The notes under the pieces: generated by a model
What the model was told of the DNA's origin: nothing
The model's input: only the letters and a program-made list of their open reading frames with translations
Database searches by the model: none
Translations under genes and position numbers: made by a program
NCBI GenBank assembly: GCA_035541595.1
Contig: DATKNA010000146.1
Span: 1 to 55,688 of the forward strand
Source of the DNA: Kineosporiaceae bacterium
Lineage (GTDB): Bacteria; Actinomycetota; Actinomycetes; Actinomycetales; Kineosporiaceae
DNA length: 55,688 nucleotides
Reading direction: 5' to 3'
In this document: piece by piece, positions 46,372 to 55,682 of the stretch
How positions within the stretch are numbered: position 1 is the first letter of the stretch
How the letters are laid out: each line of letters opens with the position of its first letter

Positions 46372-47549
46372 CCGGTCCCGCCACGCTGGCCGTCGCGCCG
46401 GCCGCGCCCGGGCGGTTGGGCGAGCCGCTCGCGGTGGACGCGGCCCGCACCTACCTGCTCGACCTGGGCCGCTGGCGGGACGCCCGCAAACATGAGCTCG
46501 ACCTGCTCGACGAGGCGTCCCTGCGCTCGTCCGACCCCGCCGCCTACACCGGCGACGTGACGCTGTCCATGTCCCTGTGGCAGGCCGTGGACGACCGCTA
46601 CGGCCAGATGCTGACGGTGTGGGACGACGGCCGCGCCGACGCCGTCGCCCGGGACCGGCTCTCCCAGCTCGTCTGGGGCCGGTTGGCGAGCGGCGGCCTC
46701 GGGGTCAACGTCGTCGAGGCCACTCGGCTCTCCGACGCGCTCTCCGCCCAGTTGCGGGCCCGGCTCTCCTTCGATCCGCGGGCCGCGGAGTCGGGCGCAC
46801 GGGTGGCCGCGCTGCGCGCGGCCCTCGAACGGCTCCGCGAGCTCGTCAAGCAGGAGCCCGGCTGGGCTCCGCAGGTCGAACTGCTCGCCACTCGCGTCGA
46901 CGACGTCGCGACCCGGGCGGCCCGCGGCGGCGAGGTCGACGCCGTGCTGACCGGGCTCGAGACCGACGCCGCACGGGCGGAGCGCGACCTCGTCGTCTCG
47001 ACGGCGAGGCGGCGCATCATGGCGCGGGCCGCCGAGCAGGCCGCCGCCGCGCTCGTCACCGACCGGGTGCGGGCCACGAACGAGATCGCGGCGCTGGCGG
47101 CCCGCGAGCAGCAGGCGCGCGAGCTCGTCGCCCGGTGCCGCGCGGTCGTCGCCGACCCGCCCCGGTTCGCCGTTCCGGACGTCGACTCGCTCGGTCCCGT
47201 CCCGCAGGACCGCCAGGCGCTGGACGCCTACCTGCGGCGGCTGGGCGACGTCGCCCGCGCCCTCGGCGTGGTCGAGGCCGCCTACAGCAAGCCGCTCGCC
47301 GAGCTCGACGAGTTGCGCGGCCTGCTGGGCGGCTACCTCACCCGTGCCGCCCGGACCGGCCGCCTCACCGACCCTGGCGTGCAGCGCGCCGCCGCCGCCG
47401 CGCGGTCCGCGCTCGAGGCCGGGCCTGCCCGGCTCGGCGACGTCCGCACCCTGGTGAACCGCTTCACCGAGCTCGTGCGCGCCGGCGCAACGCCGACGAA
47501 TCCTTCGTCGTCGACCCCCTCGACCCTGCCACCAGGAGCTCCGTCATGA
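46368..47549 (+). CDS. Hypothetical cytoplasmic all-alpha (coiled-coil-like) protein
   Basis: 393 aa, Ala/Arg/Leu/Asp-rich but heptad-like. No TM and no recognisable motif. ATGA overlaps at both ends. Confidence 0.6.
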   Translation: MTGPATLAVAPAAPGRLGEPLAVDAARTYLLDLGRWRDARKHELDLLDEASLRSSDPAAYTGDVTLSMSLWQAVDDRYGQMLTVWDDGRADAVARDRLSQLVWGRLASGGLGVNVVEATRLSDALSAQLRARLSFDPRAAESGARVAALRAALERLRELVKQEPGWAPQVELLATRVDDVATRAARGGEVDAVLTGLETDAARAERDLVVSTARRRIMARAAEQAAAALVTDRVRATNEIAALAAREQQARELVARCRAVVADPPRFAVPDVDSLGPVPQDRQALDAYLRRLGDVARALGVVEAAYSKPLAELDELRGLLGGYLTRAARTGRLTDPGVQRAAAAARSALEAGPARLGDVRTLVNRFTELVRAGATPTNPSSSTPSTLPPGAPS

Positions 47550-49834
47550 CCGCCGACCCTGCGCTCGCGGCGCGGCGCTGCGCCGTCCCCGGCTGCCCGG
47601 GCGTCATCGAGGACGGGTACTGCAACGTCTGCGGTACACCGGCCGGAGCCGTCCCGGTCGGGTCCGCCGCCACGGCCGTCCCGGCGCAGTCCAGCCCGTC
47701 GCCGGACGCCGGCGGCTCCGCGGCGACATCGCCCGCCGCGTCCACCCGCTCCAAGCTGACGTCATCCTCCAATCGGCTCGCCAGCACGCCGCTCGGCTCG
47801 ATCCGGACCGGCGGCTCGCGGGCCACCCGCCGGCTCGGCACCTCGTCCACCCGGCTGCGCGGGGCGCGCCTGGGCGCCGGCCTGACGACGATCCCCTCGG
47901 TCCCGCCGATCGACCCGGCGAAGGCCGTCCTGCAGGACCCGCAGGTGCCGGAGGACCGCCGGTTCTGCGCCAAGTGCGGCTCGCCCGTCGGGCGCTCCCG
48001 CGACGGAAGGCCCGGCCGCTCCGAGGGCTTCTGCCCGCAGTGCCGGACGCCGTTCTCCTTCACGCCGAAGCTGAAGCCGGGCGACATCGTCGGGGGTCAG
48101 TACGAGGTCGTCGGCTGCCTCGCGCACGGCGGCCTCGGTTGGATCTACCTGGGCCGGGACACCGTGCTGAGCGGGCGCTGGGTGGTGCTCAAGGGCCTGC
48201 TCAACTCCGGCGACCCGGACGCGTACGCCGCGGCGGTCGCCGAGCGTGAGTTCCTCGCCAAGGTCGAGCACCCGCTCATCGTGGAGATCTTCAACTTCGT
48301 GCTCTACGAGGGCGCCGGCTACATCGTCATGGAGTACGTCGGCGGGACCTCGCTCAAGGCGATCCTCAAGGAGCGGATGATCAAGAACGGCGGCCGGTAC
48401 GACCCGATCCCCGTCGACCAGGCCATCGCCTACATCGTCGAGATCCTGCCCGCGTTCAGCTACCTGCACGACATGAGCCTGCTGTACTGCGACTTCAAGC
48501 CGGACAACATCATCCAGGTCGGCGACGCGGTCAAGCTCATCGACCTCGGCGGCGTCCGGCGGATCGACGACCTGGACTCGCCGATCTACGGCACCGTCGG
48601 CTACCAGGCCCCCGAGGTCCCCGACATCGGCCCGTCGATCGCCTCCGACATCTACACCCTCGGCCGCACCCTCGCCGTGCTGTCGATGGAGTTCCGCGGA
48701 TACCAGTCGACCTACGTCTCCTCGTTGCCACCGGTCGCCGAGTCGCCGCTGTTCCAGCAGTACGACTCGTTCTACCGGCTGCTCGCCAAGGCGTGCGCGA
48801 CGGATCCTGCCGACCGCTTCCAGACGGCGGACGAGCTGCGTGTGCAGCTGCTGGGCGTGCTGCGGGAGATCGTCGCCACCCAGAGCCCCGACGGTGGGCG
48901 CGCCCGGCACTCGGCGGCGTCCGTGCTGTTCGAAGCACCCGTGGTCGAGGCGGACACGATCGACTGGCGGCACCTGCCGGCGCTCAAGGTCGATTCCGGC
49001 GACCCGATGGCGGCCTGGTTGTCCGCGCTCTCCGTGACCGACCCGGTCGACCGGATGAACGCCCTCTACGCGGCGCCCCAGGACACCGTCGAGGTGCGGC
49101 TGGACCTGGCGCGGACGGCGATCGCCGCCGGCCGGCCCGAGGTCGCCGACGGTGCGCTGACCCAGATCCTGCACGACGATCCGTGGGAGTGGCGGGCGGT
49201 CTGGGTGTCCGGACTGTCGGCGCTCGCCGCCGGGGACGACGCGGCGGCCCGCGCCGCCTTCAACGCCGTCTACGGACAGGTGCCGGGCGAGCTCGCACCC
49301 AAGCTGGCGCTGGCGCTGGCCTGCGAGCGGTCCGCGGAGTACGACGTCGCCGAGGCGCTCTACACGGTGTGCGCGCGGACGGATGCGAACTACACCGCGC
49401 CGGCGGCGTTCGGTCTGGCCCGGATCCGGACCACCCGGAAGGATCTCGACGGTGCCCTCGCAGCGCTGGACCTGGTCCCGGCGACGAGCCGCGGCTACGT
49501 CGAGGCGCGGCGGCAGCGGGCCGCCCTGCTCGCGGGATCCGGGCGTGGCCTCGTCGCGCTGTCGGACGCGATGGGCAGTATCGAGTCCGTGACCATCGAC
49601 CCCGTCGACCGCGCCCGCCTGCTGACCGGTGTCCTCGACGCCGCCCTCGACGTCGTGACGACCAAGGGCGCCCAGGAGAAGGTGCTCATCGCCGGTGTGC
49701 CGGCCAAGGAGGCGCCGTTGCGCGACGCGCTCGAGCACGCCTATCGCGACCTCGCCGCCCTCACCCCCGCGGGCGACGAGCGGGTCCGACTCGTCGACCA
49801 GGCGAACTCGGTGCGGCGCTGGACGCTGCGATGA
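47546..49834 (+). CDS. pknG: Serine/threonine protein kinase PknG (extra N-terminal Zn-ribbon, rubredoxin-like module, kinase domain, TPR tail)
   Basis: RRFCAKCGSPVGRS...GFCPQCRTPFSFTPKLKPGDIVGGQYEVVGCLAHGGLGWIYLGRD lines up closely with M. tuberculosis PknG as recalled. YCDFKPDNI, GTVGYQAPE, and a TPR-like C-terminus ending VDQANSVRRWTLR. Confidence 0.9.
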   Translation: MTADPALAARRCAVPGCPGVIEDGYCNVCGTPAGAVPVGSAATAVPAQSSPSPDAGGSAATSPAASTRSKLTSSSNRLASTPLGSIRTGGSRATRRLGTSSTRLRGARLGAGLTTIPSVPPIDPAKAVLQDPQVPEDRRFCAKCGSPVGRSRDGRPGRSEGFCPQCRTPFSFTPKLKPGDIVGGQYEVVGCLAHGGLGWIYLGRDTVLSGRWVVLKGLLNSGDPDAYAAAVAEREFLAKVEHPLIVEIFNFVLYEGAGYIVMEYVGGTSLKAILKERMIKNGGRYDPIPVDQAIAYIVEILPAFSYLHDMSLLYCDFKPDNIIQVGDAVKLIDLGGVRRIDDLDSPIYGTVGYQAPEVPDIGPSIASDIYTLGRTLAVLSMEFRGYQSTYVSSLPPVAESPLFQQYDSFYRLLAKACATDPADRFQTADELRVQLLGVLREIVATQSPDGGRARHSAASVLFEAPVVEADTIDWRHLPALKVDSGDPMAAWLSALSVTDPVDRMNALYAAPQDTVEVRLDLARTAIAAGRPEVADGALTQILHDDPWEWRAVWVSGLSALAAGDDAAARAAFNAVYGQVPGELAPKLALALACERSAEYDVAEALYTVCARTDANYTAPAAFGLARIRTTRKDLDGALAALDLVPATSRGYVEARRQRAALLAGSGRGLVALSDAMGSIESVTIDPVDRARLLTGVLDAALDVVTTKGAQEKVLIAGVPAKEAPLRDALEHAYRDLAALTPAGDERVRLVDQANSVRRWTLR

Positions 49835-50958
49835 TCAGGGATCTCCTGGTGGCCTGCCCGAGCTGCGGTGCGCCCGTCACGGAGGGCGAGCGGTTCTGCG
49901 AGAACTGCGGCGCGGAGCTGGCGTCCGCGCCGGCCCCGCCGGTGGTGCCGGCTGACCCCGTCGGCGCCGTCTCACGGCCGGCCGTGTCCGTCCGGGAGGG
50001 CGTCGCAGTGGCGCCGGTCGACCTCGGCAGGCCCGCGGTCGTCTGCGCGGCCTGCGGTGGAGCCGTGGCGCCCGACGGCTACTGCGAGCAGTGCGGCACG
50101 CCGGCGGTCCGGCCGCGCGACCATTGGATCGATCAGCCGGTGCCCTGGGTCGCGGCCGTCTGCGACCGAGGCGTCCGGCATGCCCGCAACGAGGACGCGG
50201 TGGCGGTCGCGGCGGAGCCCGCGCCCGGCTCCTTCGCGGTCCTCGTCGTGTGCGACGGCGTCTCGTCCGCGCCGGACTCGGACCTGGCCAGTCTCGCGGC
50301 CGCCCGCGCGGCCCGGGACGTGCTCGCCGGCCCCGACCTGACTCCCGCGCCGCAGGCAGCGGACGCCGACGGTGCGGGCCGGATCGCGGACGCCGTCGTC
50401 GGGGCCGGCAGGGCCGCGCACGAGGCCGCGTCCGAGATCGCCAGGAGGGTGGCCGGGCAAGGTCGGGGCAACCCGCCGTCCACGACGTTCGTCGCCGGCG
50501 TGCTGGCGGCCCACCGGCTCGTCGTGGGATGGGTGGGTGACAGCCGTGCCTACTGGCTCCCGGACGCCGGCGAATCCCGGCAGCTCACCACGGACGACTC
50601 GTGGGCCGCCGAGGCGATGGCCCTCGGCGTGAGCCGCGAGGAGGCCGAGAACGGGCCGAACGCGCACGCGATCACCCGGTGGCTCGGCGCCGACGCTCCG
50701 GATCCACGCCCGCACGTCGTCGACACGGTGCTCGACGGCCCAGGCTGGGTCCTGCTCTGCTCCGACGGCCTGTGGAACTACTGCTCGCCGGCCGCGGAGC
50801 TGGGCGGGCTGGTCGCGCGCACCGCCTCGGCGTACGGCGACGCCCACGGCGGGGCCCCGGTGCCGGCCGGCGTCCTGGCCACCGACCTCGTCGCCTGGGC
50901 CGTGGCGCAGGGCGGGGCGGACAACGTCAGCGTGGCCCTGGCCCGTCTGGACAGCTGA
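49831..50958 (+). CDS. PP2C-family Ser/Thr phosphatase with two N-terminal zinc ribbons
   Basis: CPSCGAPVTEGERFCENCG and CAACGGAVAPDGYCEQCG, then PP2C motifs RNEDAVAV, VVCDGVSS, GADNVSVALARL. ATGA overlap with pknG. Confidence 0.85.
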   Translation: MIRDLLVACPSCGAPVTEGERFCENCGAELASAPAPPVVPADPVGAVSRPAVSVREGVAVAPVDLGRPAVVCAACGGAVAPDGYCEQCGTPAVRPRDHWIDQPVPWVAAVCDRGVRHARNEDAVAVAAEPAPGSFAVLVVCDGVSSAPDSDLASLAAARAARDVLAGPDLTPAPQAADADGAGRIADAVVGAGRAAHEAASEIARRVAGQGRGNPPSTTFVAGVLAAHRLVVGWVGDSRAYWLPDAGESRQLTTDDSWAAEAMALGVSREEAENGPNAHAITRWLGADAPDPRPHVVDTVLDGPGWVLLCSDGLWNYCSPAAELGGLVARTASAYGDAHGGAPVPAGVLATDLVAWAVAQGGADNVSVALARLDS

Positions 50959-50982
50959 ACCGAGAACCCGGAGAGGAACCCG

Positions 50983-52263
50983 ATGGCCCAGTTCACCGCC
51001 GAGGTCTACCAGAACGAGTTCCTGCCCCAGGGCGGCACGGACGTGCACGCGATCGTCACCATCACCTGCACCGGTGCCGGCGAGGCCGGCCGCGGCGAGG
51101 GCGGCGACGCCGCCGAGATCGTCATCCTGGACACGTCGGGGTCCATGCAGGGTGAGCGGTTCGCCAACGCCCAGCGGGCCGCCGCCGCCGCGATCGACCA
51201 GATCCTCGACGGCACGTGGTTCGCCGTGATCGCCGGCACCGACCAGGCGGCACGCGTCTTCCCCTATCCCAACGCCGTCTCGCCCATGGTCCGGATGGAG
51301 CCGGCGGCCCGCGAGGAGGCCAAGCGCGCAGTGCGCCAGCTCCTCGCCGGCGGCGGCACCGCGATGGGGACCTGGTTGCGCCTGGCCACCCAGCTCTTCC
51401 TCTCGGTGCCGACCGCGACGCAGCGGCATGCCATCCTGCTCACCGACGGGAAGAACCAGAGCGAGTCGCCGCGCATGCTCCAGGACGCGCTGCGCCAGGC
51501 GCAGGGCGTCTTCCAGTGCGACTGCCGGGGCGTCGGCGCCGACTGGGACGTGCGGGAGCTACGCGGGATCGCGACCGCCCTGCTCGGCACGGTCGATCTC
51601 GTGCCGGCCCCGGCGCAGCTCGCCTCCACCTTCGAGGAGCTGATGCGCAACGCCATGCGCCGGGGCGTGTCGCAGGCGTGGCTGCGGGTGTGGGCACCGC
51701 AGGGCGCGCAGGTGCTGTTCGTGCGGCAGGTCGCGCCGACCGTGGAGGACCTCACCGGCCGCCGGCAGGACGTCAACCCGCTCACCGGGGCCTACCCGAC
51801 CGGGGCGTGGGGCGACGAGACCCGCGACTACCACGTCGCCGTCCGGCTGGCCGCCAAGCCCGTGGGCGCCGAGCAGCTGGCCGCGCGGGTCCAGCTCGTG
51901 GTCGCCGACCAGGTCGTCGCGCAGGGCCTGGTCAAGGCCCTCTGGTCCGACGACGACGCGCTGACGACCCGGATCAGTCCGGCGGTCGCCCACTACACCG
52001 GGCAGGCGGAGCTCGCCCAGGCCATCCAGGAGGGGCTGGAGGCCAAGGCCGCCGGAGACACCGCGACGGCGACCACCAAGCTCGGCCGCGCCGTGCAGTT
52101 GGCCGCGGAGACCGGCAACGACGAGGCGACCTCCCGGCTGCGGAAGGTCGTCGAGATCGACGACCCGGGTACGGGTACCGTGCGTCTGCGCCGCAATGTC
52201 GACAAGCTCGACGAGATGGCGCTCGACACGAGCTCGACCAAGACGACGCGGGTGAAGCGCTGA
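50983..52263 (+). CDS. von Willebrand factor A (TerY-like) domain protein with a ~200-aa C-terminal extension
   Basis: MIDAS DTSGSM, later GGGTAMG and LLTDGKN. GGAGAGGA Shine-Dalgarno upstream. Confidence 0.8.
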   Translation: MAQFTAEVYQNEFLPQGGTDVHAIVTITCTGAGEAGRGEGGDAAEIVILDTSGSMQGERFANAQRAAAAAIDQILDGTWFAVIAGTDQAARVFPYPNAVSPMVRMEPAAREEAKRAVRQLLAGGGTAMGTWLRLATQLFLSVPTATQRHAILLTDGKNQSESPRMLQDALRQAQGVFQCDCRGVGADWDVRELRGIATALLGTVDLVPAPAQLASTFEELMRNAMRRGVSQAWLRVWAPQGAQVLFVRQVAPTVEDLTGRRQDVNPLTGAYPTGAWGDETRDYHVAVRLAAKPVGAEQLAARVQLVVADQVVAQGLVKALWSDDDALTTRISPAVAHYTGQAELAQAIQEGLEAKAAGDTATATTKLGRAVQLAAETGNDEATSRLRKVVEIDDPGTGTVRLRRNVDKLDEMALDTSSTKTTRVKR

Positions 52264-52299
52264 CCCGAGCGGGTCGGCGAGGCGAAAGGGACGGCCGCG

Positions 52300-53082
52300 G
52301 TGGCGACGTACACCTGCCCGGACGGGCATACCTCCCAGTCCGCGGACTACTGCGACGTCTGCGGCCTGCCGATCCGGTCCGGCACGACTCCGGCAGCGGC
52401 CGCCGCGCCGGCCGGTTCGCCGGTCACGCCCCCGCCGTTGCCCGACGCGGGCGGCGGCGCGGTCGCCCACACCTCACCGTTGACGATCGGGCGGGCGGAC
52501 GTCGCCGGCGCGACGGCCGGCGTGCGCTCCTGCCCGAACTGCGGGACCGACAACCCGCCCGGCGCGTTGTTCTGCGAGAACTGCGGCTACGACTTCACCA
52601 CGGGCCAGCTGCCGCAGCCGCTCCCCCCACCGGACGTCGCGGCGGAGCTCGCGGCCGCCCACCCGGTTCCCCCGCCGGCCGCCCCCGACGGCGCCGTCGA
52701 CTGGGTGGCCGAGGTATGGGTGGATCCCGACTGGTACGCGGCGCAGGGCGTCACGGATCAGCTGCCCAGCGTCGGGGCCCCCGTCGTGGTACCGCTCGCC
52801 GAGCGGACGCTGCTCATCGGCCGGACCTCCACCAGCCGCAACATCCATCCGCAGATCGACGTCTCGGGCGACAACGGCGTCTCGCGCCGGCACGCCCAGC
52901 TGACCACGGACGGGCAGCGCTGGTGGATCGAGGACCTGCAGTCCTCCAACGGGACGTTCATCGGCGCCGCCGGCCAGGCCCTCCCGACGACGCCGACCGT
53001 GCCCGGCCAGCGCGTCGAGCTCGCCGAGGACGACCGCGTCTACATCGGCGCCTGGACCCGGATCGTCGTCCGCAAGGCCTGA
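52300..53082 (+). CDS. FHA-domain protein with two N-terminal zinc ribbons
   Basis: CPDGH...YCDVCG and CPNCGTDNPPGALFCENCG. FHA core LLIGR...VSRRHAQL...DLQSSNGTF...RVYIGAWTRIVV. Confidence 0.85.
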   Translation: MATYTCPDGHTSQSADYCDVCGLPIRSGTTPAAAAAPAGSPVTPPPLPDAGGGAVAHTSPLTIGRADVAGATAGVRSCPNCGTDNPPGALFCENCGYDFTTGQLPQPLPPPDVAAELAAAHPVPPPAAPDGAVDWVAEVWVDPDWYAAQGVTDQLPSVGAPVVVPLAERTLLIGRTSTSRNIHPQIDVSGDNGVSRRHAQLTTDGQRWWIEDLQSSNGTFIGAAGQALPTTPTVPGQRVELAEDDRVYIGAWTRIVVRKA

Positions 53083-53110
53083 CGCCCGCGCACCGCCGCC
53101 CCCACGGGCG

Positions 53111-53194
53111 TGATCATGCAATCCCCGCTGATCATGCAATCCGTGTCGATCACGTAGTCGACCGGTTACTTGATCGACACGGATCGCATGATCA
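53111..53194. repeat. Low-GC nested palindrome with three copies of TGATCATGC[A/G]ATCC (two direct, one inverted)
   Basis: 24-bp arms at 53129-53152 and 53171-53194 (1 mismatch) around an 18-nt loop, plus an extra direct copy at 53111-53124. Six GATC sites in 84 bp. Confidence 0.8.
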
Positions 53195-53311
53195 CGGCGA
53201 GGGGGCCGGCGGGAGTCGGCGAGCCCGAGCTCACAGGGCGGGCGGGCCGGACAGGCGATGGACTCGATAGCCTCGAGTCAATCGGCAACCGATCCGAAGG
53301 GGACCCCCGCA

Positions 53312-54268
53312 ATGGCGCGCAAGGGTACGGCGACCGTCGTCGGCGCAGGCTTCTACGGCAGCACCACCGCACAGCGGCTGGCTGAGTACGACATCTTCGA
53401 GAAGGTCGTGCTGACCGACATCCGGGACGGCTGGGCGGAAGGGCTGGCGCTCGACCTGAACCAGTCCCGCCCCGTCGAGGGGTTCGAGACCGAGGTGGTC
53501 GGCAGGACGACGGGCCAGGGCGGCGAGGGCTACGAGGTCATCGCGGGCTCGGACATCGTGGTCATCACCGCCGGGCTGCCGCGCAAGCCCGGCATGAGCC
53601 GGATGGACCTGCTCGAGGTCAACGGCAGGATCGTCCGCCAGGTCTCCGAGAACGTCGCCCGGCACGCCCCGGAGGCGGTGGTGATCGTCGTGTCCAACCC
53701 GCTGGACGAGATGACCACCCTGGCCCAGACCGCCACCGGCTTCCCGCACCGGCGGGTGATGGGGCAGGCGGGGATGCTCGACACGGCGAGGTTCACGTAC
53801 TTCGTGGCCGAGCGGCTGGCAGTGCCGGTCGGGTCCGTGCGCACTCTCACGCTGGGCTCGCACGGCGACACCATGGTTCCCGTCCCGAGCGCGTGCACCG
53901 TCGACGGCAGGCCGTTGTCGGAATTCCTCGACGAGCCGACGGTCGAGGAGCTCCTCACCCGGACCCGGAACGGCGGTGCCGAGGTCGTCGCGCTGCTCAA
54001 GACCGGTTCGGCCTACTACGCGCCGTCGGCGGCGGCCGCGCGGATGGCGCGGGCCGTCGCCGAGGACTCGGGGGCGATCATGCCGGTCTGCGCGTGGGTC
54101 GACGGGCAGTACGGCATCGAGGGGGTCTACCTGGGCGTCGAGGCCGAGCTCGGGGCGACCGGCGTCCGCCGGGTGGTCGAGCGCGACCTCACCGAGAGCG
54201 AGCTGGCGGGTCTGCGGGAAGCCGCCGAGGCGGTCAGGGCCAAAGCCAAGGACGTCGCTTCGCTCTGA
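53312..54268 (+). CDS. mdh: Malate dehydrogenase (LDH-like type)
   Basis: [46 protein letters not shown] Shine-Dalgarno 8 nt upstream of ATG 53312. Confidence 0.92.
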   Translation: MARKGTATVVGAGFYGSTTAQRLAEYDIFEKVVLTDIRDGWAEGLALDLNQSRPVEGFETEVVGRTTGQGGEGYEVIAGSDIVVITAGLPRKPGMSRMDLLEVNGRIVRQVSENVARHAPEAVVIVVSNPLDEMTTLAQTATGFPHRRVMGQAGMLDTARFTYFVAERLAVPVGSVRTLTLGSHGDTMVPVPSACTVDGRPLSEFLDEPTVEELLTRTRNGGAEVVALLKTGSAYYAPSAAAARMARAVAEDSGAIMPVCAWVDGQYGIEGVYLGVEAELGATGVRRVVERDLTESELAGLREAAEAVRAKAKDVASL

Positions 54269-54422
54269 CCTCCGGCACCCGTCAGCGGACGCCGGCGAGG
54301 GTCCGCGCCACGCTCTCGCCATGCTGCTCGTGCGCGATCGGGGCGATCCCCGCCGCCTGCCGTCGATAGGCTGCGATGCATCAGGTGGCGTGGCCGCCGA
54401 TGTCGTCGAAGGAGTCGTGCCC

Positions 54423-55640
54423 GTGGCGAAGATCAAGGTTGAGGGCGCCGTCGTCGAGCTCGACGGTGACGAGATGACCAGGATCATCTGGCGGTTCATC
54501 AAAGACCGGCTGATCCATCCCTACCTCGACGTCGACCTGCGCTACTACGACCTGTCGATCCAGCACCGGGACGCCACCGACGACCAGGTCACCGTGGACG
54601 CGGCGAACGCCATCAAGACGTACGGCGTCGGGGTCAAGTGCGCGACCATAACGCCGGACGAGGCCCGGGTCGCCGAGTTCGGCCTCAAGCGGATGTGGCG
54701 CTCGCCGAACGGCACGATCCGGAACATCCTCGGCGGCGTCGTCTTCCGCGAGCCGATCATCATCAGCAACATCCCCCGGCTCGTCCCCGGCTGGACGAAG
54801 CCCATCGTCATCGGCCGTCACGCCCACGGCGACCAGTACAAGGCGACGGATTTCAAGGTCGTCGGGCCCGGTGCGGTGACCATCACCTTCACCCCGGACG
54901 ACGGCGGCGAGCCGATCGAGTTCGAGGTCGTGAGGATGCCCGAGGACGGCGGTGTCGTGCTCGGCATGTACAACTTCAAGCGGTCCATCGAGGACTTCGC
55001 GCGGGCGTCGCTCTCCTACGGGCTCAAGCGGCATTACCCCGTCTACATGTCGACGAAGAACACGATCCTGAAGGCCTACGACGGCATGTTCAAGGACACT
55101 TTCGCCGAGATCTTCGAGGCGGAGTTCAAGGCCGATTTCGAGGCCGCCGGCCTGACCTACGAGCACCGCCTGATCGACGACATGGTGGCCGCCGCGCTGA
55201 AGTGGGAGGGCGGCTACGTCTGGGCGTGCAAGAACTACGACGGCGACGTCCAGTCGGATACCGTGGCGCAGGGCTTCGGCTCGCTCGGCCTCATGACGAG
55301 CGTCCTCATGACGCCCGACGGCAAGACCGTCGAGGCCGAGGCGGCGCACGGCACGGTCACCCGGCACTACCGGCAGCACGAGCAGGGCAAGCCGACGTCG
55401 ACCAACCCGATCGCCAGCATCTACGCCTGGACCGGCGGCCTGAAGCATCGCGGCGAGCTCGACGGGACCCCCGAGGTGATCCGCTTCGCGGAGACCCTCG
55501 AGCGGGTCTGCGTCGAGACCGTCGAGAGCGGCAAGATGACCAAGGACCTCGCGCTGCTCGTGGGGCCGGAGCAGTCCTGGCTGACCACCGAGGAGTTCCT
55601 GGGCTCCCTGGACGAGAACCTGCAGAAGGCGCTGGCCTGA
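54423..55640 (+). CDS. icd: NADP-dependent isocitrate dehydrogenase (dimeric IDH1-like type)
   Basis: [23 protein letters not shown]..., [34 protein letters not shown] 54423 has GAAGGAG 8 nt upstream. A TAGGCT -10-like hexamer is at 54367-54372. Confidence 0.95.
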   Translation: MAKIKVEGAVVELDGDEMTRIIWRFIKDRLIHPYLDVDLRYYDLSIQHRDATDDQVTVDAANAIKTYGVGVKCATITPDEARVAEFGLKRMWRSPNGTIRNILGGVVFREPIIISNIPRLVPGWTKPIVIGRHAHGDQYKATDFKVVGPGAVTITFTPDDGGEPIEFEVVRMPEDGGVVLGMYNFKRSIEDFARASLSYGLKRHYPVYMSTKNTILKAYDGMFKDTFAEIFEAEFKADFEAAGLTYEHRLIDDMVAAALKWEGGYVWACKNYDGDVQSDTVAQGFGSLGLMTSVLMTPDGKTVEAEAAHGTVTRHYRQHEQGKPTSTNPIASIYAWTGGLKHRGELDGTPEVIRFAETLERVCVETVESGKMTKDLALLVGPEQSWLTTEEFLGSLDENLQKALA

Positions 55641-55653
55641 CCCCCCTCCGTCC

Positions 55654-55682
55654 GTGATCAAGGAATAAGTGGTGATCAAGGA
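55654..55682. repeat. 11-bp direct repeat GTGATCAAGGA x2 (18-bp period) after icd
   Basis: Copies at 55654-55664 and 55672-55682, in an AT-richer tract at the window edge. Confidence 0.6.
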
